Below are positions 9,192 to 18,288 of a stretch of DNA of 64,000 bases, one piece after another. Each line of letters begins with the position of its first letter. Position 1 is the stretch's first letter. The DNA comes from a virus (lineage: Duplodnaviria > Caudoviricetes). Made by a program: the position numbers and the translations under genes. The notes below the pieces were generated by a model that made no database searches, was not told the DNA's origin, and saw nothing but the letters and a program-made list of their open reading frames with translations. The stretch is from the IMG/VR virus record IMGVR_UViG_3300037067_011504, positions 29,766 through 93,765 of that record; one strand, 5' to 3'.

Positions 9192-10673
9192 TTAAATATA
9201 TTTCATTAGTTTTACTGTTAAAGCACAATATCTGGTCCAAGTAGGAGTAAATAAATCTGTACTGTTATAATCTAAATACCATGCATAACCGTTTCCAAAT
9301 CCTGTATCATCGGATAACCAAAAATCACCATATTTATGTATGCTGTCGAATCCTTGATCATCACCAGTATCACAAAATCTATTACCGGCACCTATACCTT
9401 TAAATCCATATGTATCTGTAGCACCAAAATTGGGTGTTAACCAATGACCTAATCCTATCTCTTTTAATTTTCCTCCTGCAATACTCCAATCTCCAATATT
9501 ATCTATTAGATTTATAATATCAGTAGAAGTAGGTACCTTCCATCCAACTTCTCTTGTAGAACCTCTTTTAAGATATGGAAATCCATGTACATTATTAAGT
9601 GCATAATGATTATAAAGGGCACCATAGGTATTTTTATAGATTATATTATTATCATACCAACAGTATGCACCTGTAATATCTGTGATAAATCCATCTACTT
9701 CGAGATTATAACAAAGATATGCAGCACTTGTTACATGTCCTGCCTGCCATACTATTTCACTAGTGTTTGTTTCTCCATAACCTATATCTGTCCCGGTCCA
9801 TGATATCTCTACATCATCTACATTACTCCACGACTTAGATATACTTACATCTGTTAGTGCTGCTTCGTAATAAAGTGCTCCTGATCCATCAATATAGAAT
9901 ATCAATCCTCCTGATGGACCAGTATCTCTTAATGAATATGCTCCGATCTCTGCAATGAAGTATCTAAAGGCACGAACATGACAAGTAGTTGATTTAAGTG
10001 TTTCTGTTTGTGTACCAGTAGAGAAATCTTGCATCCATGCTTCTGTAGCTGATGATTCACTCGATGACCAATATGTCCCGGCAGCAAAATCACCTACTCC
10101 ATGAAGATGAAGATTAGTATACATCTCATTTAATTCATCTTTTGAAGGCAACAACATATCAGTTGCTCCTCTTAATATAATATTAGATATTGCAGTACCA
10201 TCTGCATAGTGTGTTGCTTTAAAATTTTCTACTATCCACCGTTGATTACCCATGTCAATAGTTGTATAGACATTTCCGTCATAATCAGTAAGTATACCTT
10301 CTTCTTCTATTGGTACTGGTACAGTATCGACAGGAAATTCAAGTTCTATACATTTTGTTATGTCAGTAGTAGTAACTATTATTACTCTTCCTCTATTATC
10401 ATCTGCTATCTGTCTATAATTTTTAGAGATATAATATCCCTGATCAAATGCAAGTTTATTAATATCTATGTCATAAGTATCAAATTGTATATTATAATTT
10501 ACATTTCCGTGATATTGTTCATAATTACGTAGATGACTTCTATATTGAGTATAGAACATCAATGCAAAATATTGATCTTCTGTCAATGTTGATTCATCAT
10601 CAAGAGTAGCAGTTTCGCTAACCAATGTTATTATACCATTGGTTATCTGTGTTACGTAAGCACTTGTTGTCAT
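9192..10673 (-). CDS. Fibrobacter succinogenes major paralogous (FISUMP) domain protein with a nested, permuted DUF1566/Lcl-like domain
   Basis: TDYDGNVYTTIxMGNQRWxVENF, GAYCWY, YGALYN, GWKVP, AGGKLKE; insert carries LPSKDELN, YWSSSE and DTGPSGGLIFY. Start placed at MTTSAY. Confidence 0.8.
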   Translation of the reverse strand: MTTSAYVTQITNGIITLVSETATLDDESTLTEDQYFALMFYTQYRSHLRNYEQYHGNVNYNIQFDTYDIDINKLAFDQGYYISKNYRQIADDNRGRVIIVTTTDITKCIELEFPVDTVPVPIEEEGILTDYDGNVYTTIDMGNQRWIVENFKATHYADGTAISNIILRGATDMLLPSKDELNEMYTNLHLHGVGDFAAGTYWSSSESSATEAWMQDFSTGTQTETLKSTTCHVRAFRYFIAEIGAYSLRDTGPSGGLIFYIDGSGALYYEAALTDVSISKSWSNVDDVEISWTGTDIGYGETNTSEIVWQAGHVTSAAYLCYNLEVDGFITDITGAYCWYDNNIIYKNTYGALYNHYALNNVHGFPYLKRGSTREVGWKVPTSTDIINLIDNIGDWSIAGGKLKEIGLGHWLTPNFGATDTYGFKGIGAGNRFCDTGDDQGFDSIHKYGDFWLSDDTGFGNGYAWYLDYNSTDLFTPTWTRYCALTVKLMKYI

Positions 10674-10684
10674 AGTAATTATTT

Positions 10685-10894
10685 TTAAAGTAAATATGCA
10701 TGTGAAAATAGACAATTATTATTTTGCATACAATTTAAACAATTTCCGTGAGGTAACAATATTGTACTATCTTCAAACTCAATGCAGAATATAGGATTTT
10801 TATTAAACATACTACTTCTGTTACGTGTATATTCATCTAATTCATCCTTTGTCATAGGACGAATAGCTTTTATTTTTCTACCGTTTATCTCCAT
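10685..10894 (-). CDS. hypothetical phage protein (GRKIxxIRPMTxxE family)
   Basis: Motif; start placed at MEING. Confidence 0.5.
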   Translation of the reverse strand: MEINGRKIKAIRPMTKDELDEYTRNRSSMFNKNPIFCIEFEDSTILLPHGNCLNCMQNNNCLFSHAYLL

Positions 10895-11038
10895 ATATTT
10901 TATTTTTCTTAACAATTTCTTCAATAGTTAACATTAAACAATTTATATTCATCCATAATTTTCTTATATGCCAATATGATAGATTGTTTGTTTCAATAAG
11001 CTTTATCGATTTATTAAGCATGGTTATTAAATCATCTT

Positions 11039-11248
11039 TTACCATATCAATTTAGAATTATGATATACTACATAATTATATATTCTATTTCCTGCAGTCT
11101 TCCATCCTCTTTCTTCTGATTTAAATAAATCAGTAGGAAGCATTTCAGTGTAGTGTGCTGATATCTCTTTATTATAATATTGTACTGTTATTCGTTTTTG
11201 ACCATATCCTTCAAGTACTATAGATAATATCTTTTGCCATCCTTTCAT
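11039..11248 (-). CDS. hypothetical protein
   Basis: Coupled ORF. Confidence 0.55.
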   Translation of the reverse strand: MKGWQKILSIVLEGYGQKRITVQYYNKEISAHYTEMLPTDLFKSEERGWKTAGNRIYNYVVYHNSKLIW

Positions 11249-11544
11249 TCTATTGCTTTATTAATTATTTCTATTGCTCTATCTCTTATTGCTTGACAGA
11301 AACCAACAGTTACATATGATTTATCTTTAACCATTGCGTTGATATTTATTTTTTCAACAATTCGTTGAAGTTCTTTAAGCATATCTGGTGCTGCAGCAAT
11401 AAGTTTTGCATTTGCTTTAATTTCATTTGGATCAACTCCATTTAATTCTGCAATAACAATCTTATTATCACAATAAATAGTATGTTCAAATCTATTATTT
11501 CCTCTTGCTTGTTTCCAAGTCCAATTTCCTTTTGTATATTTCAT
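11245..11544 (-). CDS. phage protein with ANAxLIAAAPDML motif
   Basis: Widespread phage early-gene motif, with N-terminal YTKGNW. Confidence 0.7.
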   Translation of the reverse strand: MKYTKGNWTWKQARGNNRFEHTIYCDNKIVIAELNGVDPNEIKANAKLIAAAPDMLKELQRIVEKININAMVKDKSYVTVGFCQAIRDRAIEIINKAIE

Positions 11545-11807
11545 TATTTCATTTTAATAGGTTTATCATATCTTTTTAATGAAGATGATGTATGTTTCTC
11601 ATCTGTAATAAAATCTTCCCATTCTCCTTCTATCTGTATGTCAGATTCATTTTCAATTATTCCTAGAAAACATTCTTCATAATAATCACCTCTATCATAA
11701 TCGGGATCATTAAACTTATTAAATGCTTCTTTTGGTGTATCAGCTTTAATCATTATACTATATTCTACTCTTTCTGTTACTATAAAACAAACTTTATACT
11801 TTGGCAT
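11544..11807 (-). CDS. hypothetical protein
   Basis: Coupled ORF. Confidence 0.55.
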   Translation of the reverse strand: MPKYKVCFIVTERVEYSIMIKADTPKEAFNKFNDPDYDRGDYYEECFLGIIENESDIQIEGEWEDFITDEKHTSSSLKRYDKPIKMK

Positions 11808-11818
11808 ATCATTGATTT

Positions 11819-12121
11819 TTAAGTACCATAAGGACTAATTAATAATTCACATATAGGTATAGAAACAAATCCTGATGCAACTCTACCTACCGGGTGACTA
11901 ACTATACCAGCATCAATAAGAACTTGTAGAATACCTTCATTCTCACTATAATCTTTAATACATACTTGATTGTCTTCTAAGGGTACATTAGGCATATTAA
12001 CTGTAGCTATTGCTATTGGTTCATTAGTACCTATTTCTATTAACTCTATTGCTATACGTTGATTAGAATATTGTTTAAATTCTAGTTTACATTTCCAGTC
12101 ACGAAATATTATTTCTTTCAT
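11819..12121 (-). CDS. DUF4313-like protein
   Basis: EPIAIATVN, IKDYSENEG, SGFV motifs. Confidence 0.65.
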   Translation of the reverse strand: MKEIIFRDWKCKLEFKQYSNQRIAIELIEIGTNEPIAIATVNMPNVPLEDNQVCIKDYSENEGILQVLIDAGIVSHPVGRVASGFVSIPICELLISPYGT

Positions 12122-12139
12122 TATCTTATATATATTAAA

Positions 12140-12793
12140 TTATAATATACCCGAATCAGTAAATGAATAGTATTTATTTTCTCCAATAATTATATGGTCA
12201 AGTAACTGAATATCTAGTATACCACCGGCTTCTTTTATTTTCTGAGTTATTTTGGTATCAGATTCACTTGGATTAAGGTTTCCTGATGGGTGATTATGGC
12301 AAACTATGATACCGGAAGCGAGAGATTCTATTGCTTTTTTCATTACCATTCTTACATCTGTGACCGTTCCGCTAATGCCTCCCTGACTCAGTTTCATTCT
12401 GCTGATTACTTTATTTGACCTGTTTAAGAATAATATCCAGAATTCTTCATGCTGAAGATCTGAGAGAAGCGGTTGAAAAATGTCAGCAACATCTTTTGAA
12501 CAACTAATCTTCATTTTATCCGGTATATCTTGTAATTTCTTTCTATTAGAATATTCATTAGTTGCTATTATTCTTGTAGCTTGCTGATGAGATAACCCAT
12601 TATTTATCATATCAAAGTAACTTAACTTTGCTATTGAATTAAAATTATTATCACATTTTTGTAATAATGTATGAGCTTTTTCAAGTGGATCTTTTCCTGA
12701 GATAACAATCGATAATGTTTCAGCATCAGAAATATAATGCGAACCTTTATCAACTATCTTATAATTCGGATCATCAAACTTATTTAATTTCAT
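12140..12793 (-). CDS. radC: RadC-family JAB/MPN protein
   Basis: EEFWILFLN, GGISGTVTD, HNHPSGNLNPSESD, LLDHIII, plus the N-terminal SDAExLSI region. Confidence 0.92.
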   Translation of the reverse strand: MKLNKFDDPNYKIVDKGSHYISDAETLSIVISGKDPLEKAHTLLQKCDNNFNSIAKLSYFDMINNGLSHQQATRIIATNEYSNRKKLQDIPDKMKISCSKDVADIFQPLLSDLQHEEFWILFLNRSNKVISRMKLSQGGISGTVTDVRMVMKKAIESLASGIIVCHNHPSGNLNPSESDTKITQKIKEAGGILDIQLLDHIIIGENKYYSFTDSGIL

Positions 12794-13002
12794 TATGTTG
12801 TAATTGTTAGTTTATCTCTACTACCATAAGCTGATATATGTAATTGACTACAATAGTCCATTATCTTATCATATACAGCTACGTTTTCACATTTCATTGA
12901 TCGTGAAAGTAAGTTTAATACATCTCTATCAGTTGTTTTACCGGACCATAAAGAATGTATTTCATTAAGCATATCTTCTGTTATGTATTTTGATTCAGTC
13001 AT
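12793..13002 (-). CDS. hypothetical protein
   Basis: Coupled ORF. Confidence 0.5.
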   Translation of the reverse strand: MTESKYITEDMLNEIHSLWSGKTTDRDVLNLLSRSMKCENVAVYDKIMDYCSQLHISAYGSRDKLTITT

Positions 13003-13003
13003 A

Positions 13004-13264
13004 TTACATATTATTTTCTAAAAATTTAAGTGCATCTTTTCCATATTTCATTTCAACATATGTATTCATTGAAATATCTTTTTGTTTTTTATAAGTACAT
13101 TTAATATTATTATAATCTAGATCATGTTGTGAAAACATATCATCAAGTTTTATAATATCTATTTGGGCATTTGTAGGCCCTTTTATCATCGTCATTATCA
13201 TATCAATTGGAGGATTAAAACCAAAATGGTTTTTGAATTGTTTACCTAATTCTTGTATTGTCAT
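13004..13264 (-). CDS. hypothetical protein
   Basis: ORF in operon. Confidence 0.55.
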   Translation of the reverse strand: MTIQELGKQFKNHFGFNPPIDMIMTMIKGPTNAQIDIIKLDDMFSQHDLDYNNIKCTYKKQKDISMNTYVEMKYGKDALKFLENNM

Positions 13265-13439
13265 TTATTTAAATTTTAATTGATTATCAAGGATTAACAT
13301 TACTGTATTCAACTCTTTTTGAGCTTCTTTGATTGCTTTAAGACTATTGATCTTTATTCCATTTGTAATTGCCCTTGCTAAAGGTTCCTCTCTATAATTT
13401 ACAGCGTATAAAATATCTTTCATAATGTTTTATATTCTT

Positions 13440-13673
13440 TCATAATATTTCACATAAGAATACTGGAGGATAAAATACTTTATTTGATTTAAAACTATAT
13501 AAAGGTTCAGAAAGTTCTATTTCGTATCTATAACCATCTCTCCAGTTTCCATGAATATCTTTAATAGTTCCTATTTTACCAGTTAATCCGGCAATTACCG
13601 ATTCAATAACTTTGCATTGTTTCCCAATATTTTTACTTATGTCTTCTCCATGAAATAATATTTCCTCACTCAT
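13440..13673 (-). CDS. hypothetical protein (KOW/SH3-like)
   Basis: IGKQCKVI..GKIGTI pattern. Confidence 0.5.
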   Translation of the reverse strand: MSEEILFHGEDISKNIGKQCKVIESVIAGLTGKIGTIKDIHGNWRDGYRYEIELSEPLYSFKSNKVFYPPVFLCEIL

Positions 13674-13855
13674 ACTTCTTCATGTTTATGTATATCTACT
13701 CCTAAGTGTATTTTGTAATAAGAAGGTATCTCTTCTATTTCTATCTCTTCAAACATATCCATATTAATTGGTAATAATGGATCTTTCCAGTTAGGATCAA
13801 TCTTATAGGTGAGTGTTACTACTTCACATTTTTTTATTTGTTTTTTCTTTGTCAT
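13670..13855 (-). CDS. small protein resembling the start of the terminase nuclease domain
   Basis: YKID...LLPI...IEIEEIP..Y..LGVD..KHEE versus TerL aa 465-519. Confidence 0.4.
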   Translation of the reverse strand: MTKKKQIKKCEVVTLTYKIDPNWKDPLLPINMDMFEEIEIEEIPSYYKIHLGVDIHKHEEV

Positions 13856-13874
13856 CTTTTTTTATGTAATGCTA

Positions 13875-14105
13875 TCATTCGCTTAGTTGATATAATAATT
13901 TAGTTAGTTCATATATGACATCAGAAATATTAGCATATGGTATTCTTATCTGACAATTAGCTAAATGATCCTTAGAATTTATAGGTTCTAATAAAATAGT
14001 ATTTGAATTAGCTGTTAATCCTAATCCTTTTTGTCTGCCCATTCCATTTCTTCCTATGTATGTTGTTTCATGATCATATATAATATCATTTATTATTCTA
14101 TTCAT
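13875..14105 (-). CDS. hypothetical protein
   Basis: ORF in operon. Confidence 0.55.
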   Translation of the reverse strand: MNRIINDIIYDHETTYIGRNGMGRQKGLGLTANSNTILLEPINSKDHLANCQIRIPYANISDVIYELTKLLYQLSE

Positions 14106-14334
14106 ATTCTTTTAAATTAGATACATTTATTGGATAAAAGTCACCAGTTTTTATATTACAAGTACAATCGACTATATTGAATGTACCACTATAATGCGGA
14201 ATAACTTTAGTATAATACCTTTTATTTATTTTTATTACTCTATTATTATTAATTAAGTCTTTAAGATTATCATTCCATGTATCAGGATTTCTAGTCCAAT
14301 GTAATAAATATTCTTCTCCTTGTCTTATTTTCAT
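14098..14334 (-). CDS. hypothetical protein
   Basis: ORF in operon. Confidence 0.5.
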   Translation of the reverse strand: MKIRQGEEYLLHWTRNPDTWNDNLKDLINNNRVIKINKRYYTKVIPHYSGTFNIVDCTCNIKTGDFYPINVSNLKEYE

Positions 14335-14344
14335 AGTTATTTAA

Positions 14345-14381
14345 ATAAAAGAGGTGCAACTTAAATAGCTACACCTCTTAT
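14345..14381 (-). terminator. intrinsic terminator
   Basis: AAGAGGTG...CACCTCTT stem followed by a U-rich tract on the - strand. Confidence 0.6.
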
Positions 14382-14395
14382 TAAACGATAATTAA

Positions 14396-15283
14396 TTAAT
14401 TTAAATCAGCAAGTTCAAATTTCTCAATAAGATAATCACCAAGCATATGATTTCTTCCAATTATATTGGGAAGATCAGTATGTTCCGGTTTATAGAGTTC
14501 AGTACACATATTATAGAATTCATAAAGAGTAAGTCCTTTTTGATAATCAAGGTTAGCATTATCTCCTTTTAAGAATTTAAGATAACTTGTACTGACATCA
14601 CCAATTTGATTCTGTTGAAGAATATATTCAGGAGCTATTCTAAGACTGTCTTTAGCTACTCTCTTAAGGTTTAGTTCACCTATTATGTCGCATACATTAG
14701 AATAGTTTAAGACGATAGTTTTCATTCCTTCAAGAATAGCAAGATCTCTTTGTCTTATCTCATCATAGTTGAATATCCAATCTGATATGACCTGGAATAG
14801 TGTTTCTACGTTGACTTTGTTATCTCCGAATGTTTGATGTCTGTTAGATGATCCATAGATACATTGATTTTTACATATCTTTATATTAGGACCAAAGGCA
14901 ACTTGTATACCTTGTTGATGATATGCAATAGCAATAGATTGTGTTGTTTCGTCTGTCTCTCCTTTTCTTATATTAAAAGCAGTTATCATCCTTCTTAATA
15001 GATGAGCTTCCAATGCTCCTATACCATGTTTTTCTTCAAGTACTGGTAATAATGTCACTCCTGGAAATGCACTTGCGCCACCTGATGTAGCATAAATAGG
15101 ATCCATATCAAATAGTAGTTTAGCTTTCTCGAGCATGTCATAGACTCTTTGAAATAATACATGATGTACTATTCCGCTTATTGGATTACCTCCAATGTTT
15201 CTTTCATCAATTGTTTCTTTTAATTCATCAAGAGATAACTCCTGTACCGGACATTCTTTAAAATTTAATAATTTTTTTGTCAT
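14396..15283 (-). CDS. DUF932/DUF3871-like protein
   Basis: GIQVAFGPNIKICxNQCI and TLYEFYNxxTE patterns. Confidence 0.55.
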   Translation of the reverse strand: MTKKLLNFKECPVQELSLDELKETIDERNIGGNPISGIVHHVLFQRVYDMLEKAKLLFDMDPIYATSGGASAFPGVTLLPVLEEKHGIGALEAHLLRRMITAFNIRKGETDETTQSIAIAYHQQGIQVAFGPNIKICKNQCIYGSSNRHQTFGDNKVNVETLFQVISDWIFNYDEIRQRDLAILEGMKTIVLNYSNVCDIIGELNLKRVAKDSLRIAPEYILQQNQIGDVSTSYLKFLKGDNANLDYQKGLTLYEFYNMCTELYKPEHTDLPNIIGRNHMLGDYLIEKFELADLN

Positions 15284-15300
15284 GATTAATTATTTATTAT

Positions 15301-16251
15301 TTAAACTGATTGAACTGATTCTCTGTCTTTACAATCGAAGACCGGACATTCTTTACATACTTTATAGTCTGGTTTAGTAGGCCATCCAAGTCTTTCATTA
15401 TACTCAATAAGATTAATAGTTTTATTTATCATCTCATGTAATTCATTCTCTACTGTTGGATCCCAATTAACCTTTACAAGTTTATCTTCTAATAGTTCTT
15501 TTTTATAATTGAACACCCAATAGTAGAATCGTAGATTATCTTCTCTTATAAGTTCTATTACATTACGAGTAAGGATAGATGTCATATGAGGATTTAGATC
15601 AACATGGTTTATTATCTGTCTTGCTCCATAATGATACATATATCCTTGCGAATGATCCATATACTCTGGAGAACCCCAACAATATTCTCCATATGTAGAA
15701 TTAAGATCTGCAGTAAGCTTGATATCTATTATAGCAAGTCTTAAACCGGTATCAGAAGGATTATCCTTTATCCTTTCATCTGTCATGATAGCAGTAGGAA
15801 AGATATCAAACTCCATCTTCAGGTATATATCGGGGTTCTTATGCCAGGGAATGATCACCTTAGTCTGTGTGTTTTCCTCAATAGGTGTTATCTGATACTT
15901 TGCACATAGTATCTTAAATCGTTTTGCCTGTTGTTCTATACGTTCCTGATCACTTGTCTTTTCTCCTTGTAATAATGGTAGATTAAGTTGTTTACGTTTA
16001 ATATTTTCAAGTTCCTTAGCTTTTAAAAGCTTTTTACGTGGTAGATCATTTTGTATCTGACCTCCCGATCCTCTTCCAATACATAAAGTCTCAAAGAAAT
16101 GACCTTTACGCATTGAATCGGTAGAATACTTGTGTGTCTTGATTATATAAAGATGATAGAGATTTTTAGGACAAGTATTTTCTCTTTCCTCACCTTTATA
16201 AAGAAATTTCGTTATTAATGATTGGTTTAAAGGATTCTTTTTAAAATCCAT
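15301..16251 (-). CDS. PD-(D/E)XK (Cas4/RecB-like) exonuclease
   Basis: IIDIKLT, QGYMY, N-terminal CP and C-terminal CxxCPxxxC cluster ligands. Confidence 0.75.
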   Translation of the reverse strand: MDFKKNPLNQSLITKFLYKGEERENTCPKNLYHLYIIKTHKYSTDSMRKGHFFETLCIGRGSGGQIQNDLPRKKLLKAKELENIKRKQLNLPLLQGEKTSDQERIEQQAKRFKILCAKYQITPIEENTQTKVIIPWHKNPDIYLKMEFDIFPTAIMTDERIKDNPSDTGLRLAIIDIKLTADLNSTYGEYCWGSPEYMDHSQGYMYHYGARQIINHVDLNPHMTSILTRNVIELIREDNLRFYYWVFNYKKELLEDKLVKVNWDPTVENELHEMINKTINLIEYNERLGWPTKPDYKVCKECPVFDCKDRESVQSV

Positions 16252-16257
16252 AATTAT

Positions 16258-16563
16258 TTAATTATCATTTAAGTATTTACTATCCTTTATGGAGATTAAC
16301 CATTCCCAAAATTCTTTATTATTAATAAACGGATATTCGATATTAATACCATGTGTAAATAACCCTTTTCTATCGAGTAATGCAACAATAAGAATTTCTT
16401 CAGGAGTTAATGTAGAATTACTATTTATTTTTCTATATATTCTATATAATATGTGTACAATTGACTTTAATTTTCTTTGACATCTACATATATTAAGTTC
16501 TTCACATAATTTATTTCCTATTTTATGCCATTGGTAATTATATTCATTATCATTAAAGTCCAT
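16258..16563 (-). CDS. hypothetical protein
   Basis: LDxxGLxxHG motif. Confidence 0.55.
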   Translation of the reverse strand: MDFNDNEYNYQWHKIGNKLCEELNICRCQRKLKSIVHILYRIYRKINSNSTLTPEEILIVALLDRKGLFTHGINIEYPFINNKEFWEWLISIKDSKYLNDN

Positions 16564-16804
16564 TACTTACTTCTATTTTATTAAGCATTTTAGTAAATAT
16601 TTTTTTTATATATTCAGTTTCAAAATTTGAATAACTAAACCATTTTTTATAAAATGGAATATTATTTAATTTAATTAATTCATTTACTAAATCTCCTACA
16701 CCAGCTTTATATTCTTCTAAAGAAATATCAACTATCTGTCCATTAATTTCTATTTTACCCGGAAGTAATTTCCCTGTTTTATATTTTTCTAATTCTTTAT
16801 ACAT
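16553..16804 (-). CDS. hypothetical protein
   Basis: Coupled ORF. Confidence 0.5.
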   Translation of the reverse strand: MYKELEKYKTGKLLPGKIEINGQIVDISLEEYKAGVGDLVNELIKLNNIPFYKKWFSYSNFETEYIKKIFTKMLNKIEVSNGL

Positions 16805-16805
16805 A

Positions 16806-17513
16806 TTAATCGATTCTTAGTAATGCTTCGAGTTCATCAATCTCTTTTCTGGTTATCTTATTCGGATCTTTATCACCAAGAGATGATTTACTAAATAGTT
16901 CTATTATCCGTAATTGATAATCCGGACCTCTATTTGTCCAGTCCTGGAATAGTTTAAGAGCTTCAAATGGTCTCATGAAGTATCCTTTTCTTGCATATTT
17001 ACAACATCTCAATAATGAACTGATAGGACAATGAATATTCTTTAATCGTAATATTCCATGTAATTCATCATCTAAGAAGTCTTCATCAACCATTACTTCA
17101 GTAGGAGATATTATTGCTGCACGTACAATAGTGAAATCAAAATTATTTAGTATTTCTTCTACCGTACCAAGTGTAACAATCTTACCTTCTATCACCGGTT
17201 TAATAATCTGAGGAGTAGGAATAGAATTTAATTCCGGATGTTTTTTTCCTTTTACAGCCATCGTGATAGATACATGATTTTCATAGTCTTTCTTATATCC
17301 TAATGATATTAAATCTTTGAGCATATCATCACATGCTTGTTCTGATTTAGGAAATATATCTACATCCCATGCTTCTTTTACTTTCTTTGTTGATAGTGGA
17401 GATGCACAATAACGTGCATAACCTCCACATATGACACAATCATTTTTCTGTGCTAAATCATATAATACTGATATCTCAGTAAATCCTCTTAAAAGTTTTG
17501 TAGTTTTAAACAT
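16806..17513 (-). CDS. pol-beta superfamily nucleotidyltransferase (CCA/poly(A) polymerase head-like)
   Basis: ICGGYAR...DVDIF and ILNNFDFTI motifs. Confidence 0.75.
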   Translation of the reverse strand: MFKTTKLLRGFTEISVLYDLAQKNDCVICGGYARYCASPLSTKKVKEAWDVDIFPKSEQACDDMLKDLISLGYKKDYENHVSITMAVKGKKHPELNSIPTPQIIKPVIEGKIVTLGTVEEILNNFDFTIVRAAIISPTEVMVDEDFLDDELHGILRLKNIHCPISSLLRCCKYARKGYFMRPFEALKLFQDWTNRGPDYQLRIIELFSKSSLGDKDPNKITRKEIDELEALLRID

Positions 17514-17514
17514 T

Positions 17515-18288
17515 TTAAAGATTATTTGCTATTTTATTAATATCATCTGTTATGAGTTCTGTAAGAGTAACGATACCCTGAGTAGACAATAGTGTCTGTC
17601 CATCAGGTAACATCAAGGAATTTAAGTCAAGACCCATGATAGCTATCTTAAGAGATTTTTGTAGTACAATAGACTTATCATTAGCTTTCTTTAATTCTGC
17701 CTTAATACCATTCTTAGACTCTACTGATCCTAATCCTGATCTATCAACGATATATTTACATAATACATTTGATATATCAGCTATCTGAGTATGACTTGTT
17801 ACCTTTTTATCTGTATTATTAGATACCTTTGCACATAATAGCATTGCAGCTTCATAAGATGACTGAGAAATGATACTCAATATCTCCGGTCTTGATCTTA
17901 CATATTTATATTCTGCCGATTTATCTTTATTGACTTCTGTTCGTGGTCTTTTACGTTTCTCTTTTTCAGCCTCAGTATAATCAATGAAATTATCTATTTT
18001 TCCTTTAGGACCAATAGATACTTCATATTCTTCTCCGATAAGAAATTTAGTTTGATTTTTAGAGTTAGTTGAAAATTGACCGATTGTATCATCTTCTGCT
18101 TTTAGATCAAAATAATAAATAGTATTTTTCGTGTCAGGAACAGTCCATTCTCTATTAAACACTACATCTTCTACTTTAATTTTTTTTGTTTCCATAATTG
18201 TTTTTTTTGTTTTCTTATTAAAATATTCACTTAATTCTTCTCCATAAGCACTACCTAATATGGCAATATCTTCTGCTGTATCGCCCAT
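17515..18288 (-). CDS. putative ssDNA-binding/recombination protein
   Basis: OB-like N-terminal region, SIISQSS motif, position next to the ATPase and nuclease. Confidence 0.4.
   Translation of the reverse strand: MGDTAEDIAILGSAYGEELSEYFNKKTKKTIMETKKIKVEDVVFNREWTVPDTKNTIYYFDLKAEDDTIGQFSTNSKNQTKFLIGEEYEVSIGPKGKIDNFIDYTEAEKEKRKRPRTEVNKDKSAEYKYVRSRPEILSIISQSSYEAAMLLCAKVSNNTDKKVTSHTQIADISNVLCKYIVDRSGLGSVESKNGIKAELKKANDKSIVLQKSLKIAIMGLDLNSLMLPDGQTLLSTQGIVTLTELITDDINKIANNL

Noticed and set aside
9192-10715. Diversity-generating retroelement
   Set aside because: A target-like fold is present, but no reverse transcriptase or adenine-variant template repeat was found in the window.
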